A DNA stretch of 64,000 nt from positions 992,001-1,056,000 of the forward strand of contig NC_043023.1 in NCBI RefSeq assembly GCF_006345805.1, read 5' to 3'. The notes below the pieces were generated by a model that did not search any database, was not told the origin of the DNA, and saw only the letters and a list, made by a program, of their open reading frames with translations. Position numbers and translations under genes: made by a program. The DNA comes from Octopus sinensis (taxonomy: Eukaryota). This document shows, one piece after another, positions 47,361 through 60,900 of this stretch (its first letter is position 1; each line of letters starts with the position of its first letter).

Positions 47361-47791
47361 TGAAGTATATTTGTCACCTAAATGTGGCTAACCCTTAAGG
47401 GTTGATGCTACTGTAGTTTGTAGCCCCAGGAAGACATCTCCTCCAGCTGGCTATTGACACACTATCTCAGAGATTTATTATTGTTTGTTTATACTTTTTC
47501 GAGATCAGTGACTTTTAGTCACTGGAAAAAGTAAATATATTTGAATTGAGAATCGCTTCCCATCACCAACTGGTGGTTGTCACACACTGATGATAGTTCA
47601 ATAGCCAGAAACTTGGGTTCATGTGTATCACATCAGGCTGGAGATGGGAATGATGAATTCCCTTTGCAAATACTGATAAGGCACAGATAGTGTGTTAATA
47701 GCCAGCTGGAGGAGATGTCTTCCTGGGGCTACAAGCTACAGTAGCATTGACCCTTAAGGGTTAGCCACATTTAGGTGGCAAATATACTTCA
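47361..47791. repeat. 107-bp inverted repeats around a 217-bp spacer (foldback/MITE-like)
   Basis: 47361-47467 is the reverse complement of 47685-47791 with about 5 mismatches. Confidence 0.9.
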
Positions 47792-47943
47792 TCTGCAAAT
47801 TCATTTGTGATTTTTCCTCACTGTTCACAAGTTGACCTTTCTGTTTACACATTTCTTCAAATTCACCAGTGTGTATAAGGGATAACTGTGGTTTTTAAGA
47901 CAGTTTGATTCTTATTTGTACACACACATTTATTCATATATAT

Positions 47944-48099
47944 AGGTGCAGGAGTGGCTGTGTGGTAACCAGGTTCAGTCCTACAGTATGGCACCCTGGG
48001 CAAGTGTTTTCTGCTACAGTCTTAGGCTGACCAAAGCCTTGTTTGTGGATTTGGTAGACAGAAACTGAAAGAAGCCAATCATATATATGTATGTATGTA

Positions 48100-48145
<46 letters not shown>

Positions 48146-48344
48146 TGTTTCTATGTGTATGTGTTTGTATGTCGCTTGACAACTGATGCTGATGTGTTTA
48201 CGTCTCCGTAACTTAGCAGTTCAGCAAAAGTCACTGATATAATAAGTACCAGGCTTACAAAGAATAAGTCCTGGGGTCAATGTGTTCAACTAAAGGCAGT
48301 GCTCAAACGTGGCTGCAGTCAAATGACTGAAACAAATAAAAGAA

Positions 48345-48389
<45 letters not shown>

Positions 48390-48550
48390 AAAGGAACTTT
48401 TTAGTTTCCATCAACAAAATCCACTTGCACAGCTTTGGTCAGCCCAGGGCTATGATATAAGGGATACTTAATGAAGGTACCGTGTAGTGAGACTGAACCT
48501 GGAACTATGTGACTGGAAAGCAGATTCTTACCACAGAGCCACACCTGTGC
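47944..48550. mobile_element. SINE A (plus, 47944-48345) and SINE A head (minus, 48395-48550)
   Basis: Family A motifs. Confidence 0.82.
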
Positions 48551-48615
48551 CTATATATACATATACATGTATAATATATGTATATAAGTATATGCATGAA
48601 CACATATACACACAC

Positions 48616-48671
<56 letters not shown>

Positions 48672-48851
48672 TTATACATACACACGTGTGTGTACATATA
48701 TTTATGTGTATGTGTACAGATGTATATATATACATATATATATATACAAGCTCATACACGCATAGAAAAGCATACACATACATACACGTATAGACAAAGA
48801 CACACATCCATACAAATGTTCATACACTCATACAAACATACACACACACAG

Positions 48852-48890
<39 letters not shown>

Positions 48891-48996
48891 ATATATATAT
48901 AGACAAGCTTATACATACACACATAGACAAACACATACATACTTACATCCAGACAGACACATTCATACACATATACATACATCCATACAAATATAT

Positions 48997-49033
<37 letters not shown>

Positions 49034-49860
49034 AGCTCATACATACACACACATATTTACATACATAGACATACATTCATACATAAGTACAAACATCCAT
49101 CAATACAAACATATATACACTTACACACATACATGCATACACAGACACACCTAGCTATAGTTACACACACACACAGACACGTACACACACCCATTCATTG
49201 AGCAGCAGTGATTAAAAAAGACAGATCACAACATAATGACAACACCTACATGTATACACCCACACGTATATACACCCACCTATACACACAGCTACCTGAC
49301 AAATTAAAATAAAATTAGCAATCAGGAATACAAACAAAAACTGTGTAAACACAAAAAAACAATATTTACAAACATGAAATGAAGGTTCTTAAAATAGAAC
49401 CCTGAATAAATACGAGGGGCTGGGGGTAGATACAGGGTGTGCTGGGGCCAGCTCCCCCACCCCCATACATTCACTGTAGATTCCGGGTGAGTGATCTTTA
49501 ATTCCCTATTTGACAGTGTGTATTTGCGTTCGTATTTTTACATGTATGTATGTATGTATGTATGTGTGTATATATGTATGTATTTATGTATATATGTATG
49601 TATTTATGTATGTATGTATGTATGTATGTATTTATGTATGTATATATGTATGTATTTATGTATGTATATATGTATGTATTTATGTCTGTATGTATATATG
49701 TATGTATATATGTTTGTAAGTATATATATGTATGTAGGTATGTATGTATGTATGTATGTACATATGAGCAAATACATGTGGGTGTATGAGTGTGTGTATA
49801 CTTGTATATATATGTTTGTGTGCATGCATATATACATACATGTCTTTATACACTCATGAG

Positions 49861-49893
<33 letters not shown>

Positions 49894-50350
49894 GTCTACA
49901 CATACCTACATATATATATCCATATGCATGTCTACACATACACACATTTATATTCATATACATGTATGTACATACATGCATATATGCCCATATACATGTG
50001 TATATATCTGTATACATTCTTGCTTACTTACATACATATACACCACACACACACACACACAAAAACACATGAAGTAATCTATTTATGTATATAGCTTATT
50101 TTAGACACACACACACATATATATATATATACATATATATATTGCTTACCTTTTACACAAACACACAAACTCATTGGTTGTTTTATACATACTCACACAA
50201 ACACATTTACTTTATACATACATTCATACACACACATATGTTTTTGCTTACATTTTACATATATACATATTTTCCTTTATATATACATATATATATATAC
50301 ATATATCTATATATCTATATATATATATATATATATATGTATACATCGTA
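48550..50350. repeat. compound (TA/CA/TATG)n microsatellite field
   Basis: Direct reading. Confidence 0.9.
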
Positions 50351-50399
50351 AGTAATGTATATACACACTCATGCATGCTTACATTCCTCAGTATTGTCT

Positions 50400-50770
50400 C
50401 AGAGCCGTAAACACAAAAAAACCCTAGCAAGCTAATTGTCATCGCACATGCATGCGAGACATTGACAAAAGAATCGTAAACGAAGAATGACGAGGGGGGC
50501 GGAGGGGGTGTCGAAGGGGGACGGGGGAAGCGGAATCTGGCATAAAGCGCCCTCTGTGATCCTTTTAAAGCTCGACCACTGAAGCGTGTCCTCATCTTCG
50601 ATTGTCGATTTGTGCGTATGCGCGCCTCTCCTAAAAATCACGCGAAACCCCCTCCGCCGATCCCCGTCACCCACCACGCTCTCGCACGGCACCGTCGTTA
50701 TTGGTTTCGATGTCATTGCTGCTGTTACCCCCTACCACACTGCTGCCACCTATCTCTGTGGTAAGGCAGC
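50400..50770. promoter_or_regulatory. CpG-rich promoter / first-exon-like patch
   Basis: About 30 CpGs in ~320 bp of unique DNA; GC boxes, tgcgtatgcgcg and tttcgcgtga (minus); donor-like sites on both strands. Confidence 0.5.
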
Positions 50771-50949
50771 CAACCATAGCCCTCACTCCTGGATTTTTGT
50801 GGGATTTTTCTCTTGTGTTTGTTTTTGTTTTTTGGCACAAAGAATATTTATTCACCGAGAAACTATGCAAAAAGAACTTAAAGGGAAAAAAAAGACATAA
50901 AGAAAAGAAAGTTGGAGGAAATAAAGCATGTTTCTATCTATGTTTTTGT

Positions 50950-51101
50950 ATGTTTATATGTATATATATGTGTGTATATATATATATATAAGTATGTAAA
51001 TATGTACATATAATGTATATATGTTATATGTATATATATATATGTATGTAAGTACGTACATATAATGTATATATGTATATATGTATATGTATGTGTCTAT
51101 G

Positions 51102-51133
<32 letters not shown>

Positions 51134-51430
51134 GTACATATAATGTATATATGTATATGTAAATATATATATATATGTACATATAATGTGTATATGTATA
51201 TATATGTATATGTATGTGTCTATGTATATATATATATATATATAATATATATATTATATATATATATATGTATGTAAGTATGTACATATAATGTGTATAT
51301 GTATATATATATATATGTGTGTATGTATATATATATATATACACATATATATGTGTGTGTGTGTGTGTATATAGATATATATATATACACAAGCACACAT
51401 ATACATATATTTACTCACATGTGCATCACA
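50950..51430. repeat. (TA/TATG)n microsatellite
   Basis: Direct reading. Confidence 0.92.
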
Positions 51431-51800
51431 TGTGAATATTGATATATACACATTATACTACATTGACACACACACATACACACACACAAACATATTTGCG
51501 TTGGGTGTGGTGAGAGTGGTTGTTTTATATATATAAGTATGCATGTATGCACACAAATTCTCCGAGCATATGTACAACATTGAAAACCGCAGAATAAACA
51601 CTGTCACCACCGGCGCCACCACTAACACCACCATTACCAAAGAAGAAAACCATCGACGATACAAAGAACATTATCACCACAATTAACCGCAATCACACTC
51701 GTTAAAAAAACACACATGTCCATACATACATACATTTCCTATTTTCATTTAATTACACACACTATCTCTCTCTCCCTTTCTCTGTATCATCATTATATAC

Positions 51801-51964
51801 ATAGGAGTGGCTGTGTGGTAAGTAGTTTGCTAAACAACCACATGGTTCCGGGTTCAGTCCCACTGTGTGGCACCTTGGGCAAGTGTCTTCTACTATTGCC
51901 TTGGGCCGACCAAAGCCTTGTGAGTGGATTTGGTAGATGGAAACTGAAAGAAGCCCATCGTATA

Positions 51965-52002
<38 letters not shown>

Positions 52003-52204
52003 AGTGTATGTTTGTGTTTGTCCCCCTAGCATCGCTTGACAACCGATGCTGGTGTGTTTATGTCCCCGTCACTTAGCGGTTCGGCAAAAAGAGACCGATA
52101 GAATAAGTACTGGGCTTACAAAGAATAAGTCCCGGGGTCGAGTTGCTCGATTAAAGGAGGTGCTCCAGCATGGCCGCAGTCAAATGACTGAAACAAGTAA
52201 AAGA
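51801..52204 (+). mobile_element. SINE family A, full length
   Basis: Near-consensus copy. Confidence 0.92.
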
Positions 52205-52214
52205 GAAAAGAGAA

Positions 52215-52244
<30 letters not shown>

Positions 52245-52245
<1 letters not shown>

Positions 52246-52456
52246 GGTGCAGGTGTGGCTGTGTGGTAAGAAGCTATGTACCCAACCACATGATTCCAGG
52301 TTCAATCCCACTGCATATCACCACGGGCAAAGTGAAGTCTTGTGAATGGATTTTGTAGATGGAAACTGAAAGAAGCCTGATGTATACATATGTATGTGTG
52401 TGTCTATCTATCTATCCTTTTATCTATCTATCTATATCTATCTATCTGTCTACCTT

Positions 52457-52494
<38 letters not shown>

Positions 52495-52900
52495 CTTTTA
52501 TCTATCTATCTATATCTATCTGTCTGTCTATTTGTCTATCTATCTATCTGTCTATGTATCTATCTATGTGTGTATCTATCTATCTGTCTGTCTGTCTGAC
52601 TGTCTGTCTGCCTATCTGTCTGTCTGTCTATCTATCTATCTATACCTACGTATGGATATCTATGAATGTGTGTCTTTGTGTATGTGTTTTTTCTCCACTA
52701 CTGCTTGACAACCAGTGTTAGTGTGTTTACATCCCCATAACTTAGCAGTTCAGCAAAAGACACCAATAGAATAAATACCAGGCTTTACAAAACAAAAAAC
52801 AAACAAACAAAAAACATAGGCACTAGTGTCAATTTATTCAACTAAAAATTCTTCAAGGTGATGCCCCAGCATGGCCACTGTCCAATGACCAGAACAACTA
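52245..52900 (+). mobile_element. old SINE A copy whose internal microsatellite has expanded to (TCTA/TCTG)n
   Basis: Head 52245-52380, repeat 52400-52650, body and tail 52700-52900. Confidence 0.7.
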
Positions 52901-53023
52901 AATACAGGTGTATATATATATGTATACACAGATATGTATAATAAACTGTATCACCAAGCATTTGCTGTAGTTTATGGAACTATGTACTACTACCAATACA
53001 TATTTACCATATTTACCATTAAT

Positions 53024-53072
53024 GGCGGTGCCCCAGCATGGCCACAGCTCATGAGCTGAAACTAGAATCAAT
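53024..53072 (+). mobile_element. isolated CR1 3' tail
   Basis: ggtgccccagcatggccacagctcatgagctgaaactaga matches 6009-6047. Confidence 0.75.
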
Positions 53073-53322
53073 CAATAGAAACTACCACCTAAACTACAAC
53101 CATCACCACCACCAACACCTCTGAAGTGACCATTACAGCTACATCAATAATGTACATCAACCACTACTGAGACAACTACCCATGCTACAAACCTTGTCAC
53201 CACTATAACATGAACGCTATAACACCCACCACCACAACCACTAATACCATGGCCAACTGTAACCTATACCATAGAACTACTTGCAGCTACACCATAAGCC
53301 ATTACCACCACTAGTACGGCTT

Positions 53323-53372
<50 letters not shown>

Positions 53373-53599
53373 ACTACTACTACTACTGCTGCTCCTACTG
53401 CTACTACTTCAACCACCTCCACCACCACCTCCACCATCACCATGGCCACCCCCACAAAGAGAAGAATGTAAAGAAATGTAGAAACATAATAAGCTAAAAC
53501 AGTTCAGCCCCAGCAGAGCATCCCATTGTCTCCCCACCACCACTGCCACCACACCTGAATGCAACCAAGATGCAGCACAATGTATCTGCACACAACAAT

Positions 53600-53620
53600 A
53601 CATGCACATGCATTTTATAT

Positions 53621-53684
<64 letters not shown>

Positions 53685-53697
53685 ATATATATATATA

Positions 53698-53784
<87 letters not shown>

Positions 53785-53785
53785 G

Positions 53786-53816
<31 letters not shown>

Positions 53817-54109
53817 TATATATATACATATGTATGTATATATATGTGTGTGTATATATATATGCATATATATGTGTGTGTGTGTGTATATATGTATATA
53901 TATATATGTGTTTGTATATATATATATATACATACACACTCACATATATACATATATACACACACACATATATACATACATACATATTTATACAAATAAA
54001 TTTATACACACATATACGCAAACATACACACACAGACACATATATATATATGTAGACAGATAAATAGATAGAGATGTGGATATAATTAGACATAAAAACA
54101 CATGTATAT

Positions 54110-54149
<40 letters not shown>

Positions 54150-54458
54150 ATACACGTAGCATTGTCATCGTCATCATTAACATCTTCTCGCAACTAATTG
54201 TCACTCTCCCAGATTGCCTCTGACAATGGGGGCTAATTTTCTGCATGCACAGTTGAATATAATAACTAAAGGAGAATGACAGTATATAAACACTGCAAAT
54301 GAATTACCTATATACATACATGTGCATGTGTGTGTATGTGTGTGTATATACATATATATGCACACACACACAAAAACACAAATATATATAAGCAATGCAA
54401 TTGAAATACCTATATACATGCATGTGCATGTGTGTGTATGTGTGTGTGTGTATATATA

Positions 54459-54504
<46 letters not shown>

Positions 54505-54597
54505 AATATATATAAGCAGTGCAATTGAAATACCTATGCATGGTTATATGTATGAGCATGTATTTTGTGACTGTATGTATACACACACATATATGTA

Positions 54598-54651
<54 letters not shown>

Positions 54652-54850
54652 CTCGTGCATGTAGAGAACAATGTATATAAGTATTTGATTGTATATATAC
54701 AATGTAAGATATACATACATATAAATATATATATAAAAATATATACACACATACACATAGGAGTGTGTGTATGTGTTCATGTTTGTATATCAACAAAGCA
54801 ATTGATTTAAAAATACTGAATCCCTGTGAATTACACACACACACACACAC
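53600..54850. repeat. compound (TA/TG/CA)n microsatellite field
   Basis: Direct reading. Confidence 0.9.
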
Positions 54851-54865
54851 ACGTGTATAGATGAT

Positions 54866-55258
54866 GCAGGCATGGCTGTATGGTAAGAGGCTTGCTTTAC
54901 CAACCACATGGTCCCGGGTTCAGTCCCACTGTGTGGCATCTTGGGCAAGTATCTTCTACTTGAACTGACCAAAGCCTTGTGAATGGATTTGGTAGATGGA
55001 AACTGAAAGAAGCCCGTCGTATATGTATATATTTATGTGTGGGAGTCTGTATTTCTACCCTAACCACCATCACCACTTGGCAACTGGTGTTGGTGTGTTT
55101 ATGTCTCTGTAACTTAGCGGTTTGACAAAAGAAACCAATAAAATAAGTATTAGACTTAAAAAATAAGTCCTGGGAGTCAATTTGTTTGACTAAAACCCTT
55201 CAAGGCAGTGCTCCAGCATGGCTGCAGTCATCTGATTTGAACAAGCAAAACAATAAAA
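54866..55258 (+). mobile_element. SINE family A, diverged
   Basis: Head and tail recognisable. Confidence 0.85.
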
Positions 55259-55269
55259 GAAAAATACAC

Positions 55270-55300
<31 letters not shown>

Positions 55301-55629
55301 AGTATTATAACCCGATTTCATTTGGGCCTACTCAGGTCACATTATAAAAGATGAGGCATTTTGCCCTAGGGACCACACCTTTCAATTAAGCAAACTCAAA
55401 GTTAGGTGTGCAAATTTTCAATTCAATCCGATCACATTTACTAACACTTTTGCCTGCACAACTGCATGTGAGACAACATCTGCCCTTTTCACAATATACA
55501 GTAGATATATATTTATGCATACATGAATATATATGATTGTATGTATGAAAATAGATACATAGACAAACAGAGACAGATAGATGGATGTACAGATCAATAA
55601 TTATCTTCATGAGCATGTATATGAGTGAA

Positions 55630-56870
55630 TAAAACTGGTATTCTGTTAATTACAACAACGAAGGTTCCAGTTGATCCAATCAACAGAACAACACTCCACA
55701 AACATGTGTCCCCTTAATGTAGTTCCCAGGGAGATTATGACACAGAATGTGACAAGGCTGGCCCCTTCTGAATTACAGGTACACCTAATTTTTGCCAGCT
55801 GAGTGGACTGGAGTAATGTGAAATAAAGTGTCTTGCTCAAGGCCACAATATGTAACTAGGAATTGAACTAAAGGCCTCGTGATTGTGAGCCAAGTGCTCT
55901 AACTGCCAAGCCTTGCACCATCACTTAAAACTGATGCTCCGTCAATTATGATAAGGGTTCCTGTTGATTCAATCAAAGGGACAGCCTGCCCCTGAAACTA
56001 ACTTGCAAGTGGCTGAGCACTCCACAGGTACTTTTATTCTTTCATTCTTTCATTTGTTTCAGTCATTTGACTGTGGCCATACTGGAGTCGAACAAATTGA
56101 CCCCAGGGCTTAATCTTTGTAAGCCTAGTACTTATTCTATCAGACTCTTTTGCTGAACTGCTAAGTTATGGGGACTTAAACACACCAGCATCGGTTGTCA
56201 AATGATGGTGGGGGTCACAAAAACAGACACATATACACACAATGGGCTTCTTTCAGTTCCTGTCAACCAAATCCACTCACAAGGCTTTGTTTGACCCTAG
56301 GCTATAGCAGAAGACACTTGCCCAAGGTGCCACATAGTGGGACTGAACCCGGAACAATGTGGTTGGGAAGCATGCTTCTTACCACACAGCCATGCCTACA
56401 CCTGGTATGTGTACTTTCAATGTAATTCTCAGGGGGATTCAGCATGACACAGAATGTGACATGGGTGGCCCCTATCAATAGTTTCAGGCGCAACTCATTT
56501 TAACCAGTTGAGTGAACTGGAGCAAAATGAAATAAAGGGACTTGCTCAAGAACACTGGCACTTCATCGGTTATAATGATGGGGGTTCCAGTCGATTTGAT
56601 CAATGGAACAGCCAGCTCATGAAATTAACATGCAAGTGGCTGAGCACTCCACAGACACGTGTACCCTTAATGTAATTCTCAGGAGGATTCAGTGTGACAC
56701 AGAGTGTGATAAAGCTGGCCCCTTTGAATTACAAGTACAACTCTTTTCTGCCAGCTGAGGGGACCGGAGCAATGTGAAATGAAGTGTCTTGCTCAAGGAG
56801 ACAATGTGCTGCCAAAAATCAAACTCACAACCTAACAATTGTGGACTAAAAACTCTATCCACTAAGCCGT
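55630..56870 (-). mobile_element. three tandem SINE family C copies (V-domain-like), the middle one split by SINE A (56032-56396)
   Basis: Minus strand: tRNA-like head, then ccttgagcaagacactttatttcac..ctccagtccactcagctggca; the body repeats three times. Confidence 0.8.
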
Positions 56871-57426
56871 GGGCCTTTACTTATGAGTAAATACACACAC
56901 ATGGGCTCCAGCATGACCACATCCGCAAGGCTGAAACAAGTAAAAGAGGTAAAAGAGGATACGTCCAGGCAGAGAATAATATTTAGGCATATTTGGGACA
57001 ATGTGTGTATGCGTGTGTGTATATAGTGGGGACACATGGCCTAGTGGTTAAAGCAGTGGAAACTTTTACACAAGAATTAACTTTTAGTTTTTATGTAGAT
57101 TGACAGACAGACACACAAACGTTCATCTTTATTATATAGATACACACACACACACACAAACGTTCATCTTTATTATATAGATACACACACACACACACAA
57201 ACGTTCATCTTTATTATATAGATATACACACACACACACACACACGCACATAAATATATGCTCATGTAGGCTCATCCTTTCATCTGATAATACGTTGCGG
57301 TAGAGTGGTGTGACTTCTTTGGCCATGTATTCTAGGTTATCATACAATAAATGTTGCTCAAGGAGCTGCATGCGAAAGTTTAGGATGTTTTCAGCCTATT
57401 GAATGTAGAGGGTTCTGAGGTCCAAA

Positions 57427-58110
57427 AAAGATAAACTTCTGCAAAGTTTTACAGATTTTTACAGTTCCAGTGATGGATTGGATCTGTAGTCTTCGAATCA
57501 GCTTTCTCCTTTCTGGTTTTGAGAAGCCTAATTTCTCAAGATTGGTATTTAGGCAGTGTGTTACATATTTCAGAGCCCTAATAATCACATGTATAAACCT
57601 GAACTTGTAATCTGGATAGAATAACTGCAAATTTGTCAAATTGGTCAAGGGAAGCACTTCGACACTTGGTGATTAAAGGATGTTGCCGAAGGGATATGAT
57701 GTGACATTCAAAGGTATTTTGGATCGATGTTAAGCCCCGGTCATCTTGTTTTCATTTTAGGTAGGGGCGGTCTACGTCCCTGTTTTTGTGGAAATTATGT
57801 GTGCTTGTTAGTATTTATCGGGTTTTCACAACAATGGCTTAGATCTCATCAAACACCCAAACAAGCAGCTGAAATGAGTACTGGGACTGCAAACACATTG
57901 GGGATCACTGTTTTATTGAATGTAGAGGGTTCTGAGGCCCAAATTTTCTTTATTCAGCATTAAATTTTTTAGTGACACATATTTTGTTACAGGTGCCATA
58001 GTAAGATATGTTTTTATCCACCCCTAGATACCTGTAACATTCCTCATCAGATTCAAAGGAAATAGTCAAATTATTGACGGAGATGTTACTTGTCTGGTTT
58101 ATAGTTTTCC
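57427..58110 (-). mobile_element. internally deleted RLE-type LINE family 2 (RT remnant joined to the C-terminus)
   Basis: ECYRYLGVDKNISY..KIWASE..NKTVIPNVFAVPVL..NFHKNRDVDRPY..RGLTSIQNTFECHIISLRQH, then NLQLFYPDYKFRF..GTVKICKTLQKF. Confidence 0.82.
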
Positions 58111-58139
58111 CCCTTTTTACAACCGTATAACAACATTTA

Positions 58140-58395
58140 TCCTACCTGCATGTATGTATATGTGCAGATTTGTATATTTTGTTTTATGCATGTCCTCTCA
58201 TTCATATAGTTGTATATCTAGCACAGATTCTCTTTACACAGCATCAGTTCATATATATTTAAATGATAAACTTGTGGAAAGTTTTACAGATTTTTACAGT
58301 TCCATTGATGGACTGGATCTGTAGTCTTCAAATTAGCTTTCTTCTATCTGGTTTTGAGAAGCCTAATTTCTCAAGATTGGTATTTAGACAGTGTG
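58140..58395 (-). mobile_element. RLE-type LINE family 2, 3' fragment
   Basis: LEKLGFSKPDRRKLI..GTVKICKTFHKFII* plus UTR. Confidence 0.8.
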
Positions 58396-58419
58396 TGTAT
58401 GTGGTGGGGTATGTATTTT

Positions 58420-58975
58420 TTAATTTATTTTATCTAGTTTCAGCTCACGAGCTGTGGCCATGCTGGGGCATGTCATTATTTAGTTTAACTTCAAGATTTT
58501 TTGCCAATAGAGAAAGAGCTGGTTTCTCACTTAGATCCAAGGCTCCTTCACTGGAATTCTAACAGCAACAAGGTATTTTTGTATGTATGTATGTATGTAT
58601 ACATGCAGATTTGTATGTTTTGTTTTATGAATGTCCTCTCATGCATATACTTACATATCTAGACATGCTCTTTTATACCTAAATGATAAACTTCTGGAAA
58701 GTTTTACAGATTTTTACAGTTCCAATGATAGATTGGATCTGTAGTTTTTGAATTAGCTTTCTCCTTTCTGGTTTTGAGAAACCTAATTCCTCAAGATTGG
58801 TATTTAGGTAGTGTGTTATACATCCCATTGTCCCAATAATTACAGGTATAAACCTGAACTTGTAATCTGGATAGAGTAACTGTAGATTCCTCAATAGTTC
58901 AGCAAAGGTGTTCTCTTTTTCACTGATCTTCAGCTTTATGTTAACATCCGCTGGGCATCTGATTTCCACTACTGT
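58420..58975 (-). mobile_element. RLE-type LINE family 2, 3' fragment with full UTR, abutting a CR1 tail (58430-58470)
   Basis: TVVEIRCPADVNIKLKISEKEN..LLRNLQLLYPDYKFRFIPVIIGTMG..GTVKICKTFQKFII*. Confidence 0.88.
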
Positions 58976-59474
58976 ACATACATACATACATATATACATA
59001 CATACAAACTTACATACATACATACATGCATGCATACACACATACATACATGCATGCATGTACTCACACATACACACACTCTCTCTCACACACACACACA
59101 CTCTATCTCACACACACACGACTGTCTCTGAGTTTGTGCTTGTTGCCGACAACTATTTGAGAACAAGTATTGGTTTGTTTACATCCTCATAACTTAGTGG
59201 TTCAGCAAAACAAACTGATAGAATAATCACCAGACTTTAAAAATCCATACATGGGTAGATTTTTTTGACTATATCCTTCAATGCATTGCCCCAGTATGGC
59301 TGTAGCCCAATGACAGAAACATGTAAAAATATGAAAGACTTGGAAACACAGAATACTAAACCTTACCAGGATTTGAACCCACACCCTCAGCTTTACATTA
59401 AAACACAAAATTGTCATATCTAGCAGGAATTAAATCCAAAAACTATGCAACCATATTAAAAAGCAAAAGGAAAA

Positions 59475-59493
59475 GTGACACCAGGTGGCGCTG
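59475..59493 (+). promoter_or_regulatory. CTCF-like site
   Basis: gtgacaccaggtggcgctg versus the consensus core CCASYAGRKGGCRS; lies in unique DNA. Confidence 0.45.
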
Positions 59494-59639
59494 ATTGAAT
59501 GCTATAACGAGACTGTATTAACGATGAGAAATAGTTAGAATTAATTGGAAAACTGCAACTAAACAGCGAAGGAGACAGGGGTGGATGGGGGGGGGGAGTG
59601 CTGGGTGTCTGTGGAATTCTGTTACTATGAGCAGCCTTT

Positions 59640-59687
59640 CCAGATGTGTATGTATGTATATACAGAGTACGTATGTTTGTGTGTGCG

Positions 59688-59767
<80 letters not shown>

Positions 59768-59979
59768 TATATATTGTATATATATACAATACATATACAT
59801 ATGTATGTATATATGCATGTATATATATATATATATAAATATGTATATATGTATATATATATAAACATATATGTATGTATATATATAATAATATATACAT
59901 ATAATATATGTATGTATATATGTATATATATATAAATATATATGTATGTATATATATAAATATATAATTTATGTATATA

Positions 59980-60017
<38 letters not shown>

Positions 60018-60745
60018 AACATGTGTACATGGTCACACATACAAATGCTTACAGTTATGCATCCATACACAAACACACATGTATATATACACCTTCATAA
60101 GCTTGTATACATTTGTTTCACACACACACACACACACACATTCAAACATACTTATGATCACATGTCCATAAATGTCAATACATATTCTCTAAACATATAT
60201 ATAGATAGATATACATACATTTATATGTATGTGTCAGTGTGTGCTTGTGTATATGTGTGTATGTATATATGTGTATGTAGATACATTTGCATCTATCTAT
60301 CTATATATATCAACAATTATATACATACATTTACATAACTATACAGAAACTTAAATATGTGAACACACATATGTATGTGTATACATGCTTGTGTGTGTGT
60401 ATATATATATATATATATTATGTGTGTGTGTGTACATACATATAGATGTATATCTATCAATATATACATGCATAAATTTTCAACAGATATATATGCATAG
60501 ATATATACATACAGATATGTATGTATATGTGTATATGCATGCATACACACACATATATATATTTACAAACATATATATACACATCTCTACATATCTGTCT
60601 GTCTGCCTGTCTCTCACTCTATATACATATACACACATATCTCTCCCTCTCTCTCTCTCTCTCTCCTCTCTATATATATATATATATATATATACATATC
60701 TCTCCCTCTCTCTCTCTCTATATATATATACACACATATCTCTCC

Positions 60746-60776
<31 letters not shown>

Positions 60777-60790
60777 CACACATATACATT

Positions 60791-60858
<68 letters not shown>

Positions 60859-60900
60859 TCTTTCTCTCTCTCTGTATATATATATACACACACATACACA
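59640..60900. repeat. compound (TA/TG)n and (CT)n(AT)n microsatellite field
   Basis: Direct reading. Confidence 0.92.

Noticed and set aside
47585-47625. CTGATGA..GAAA spacing (also CTGATGA at 5885, 25492, 47250, 61577)
   Set aside because: Stem II cannot pair, or GAAA is absent.
50432-50716. 94-aa minus-strand ORF across the CpG patch
   Set aside because: No recognisable domain; open frames are expected in GC-rich DNA.
57397-57943. 30-bp direct repeat read as an unusually long TSD
   Set aside because: The repeat is itself RT-coding sequence of the element, so it is an internal rearrangement.
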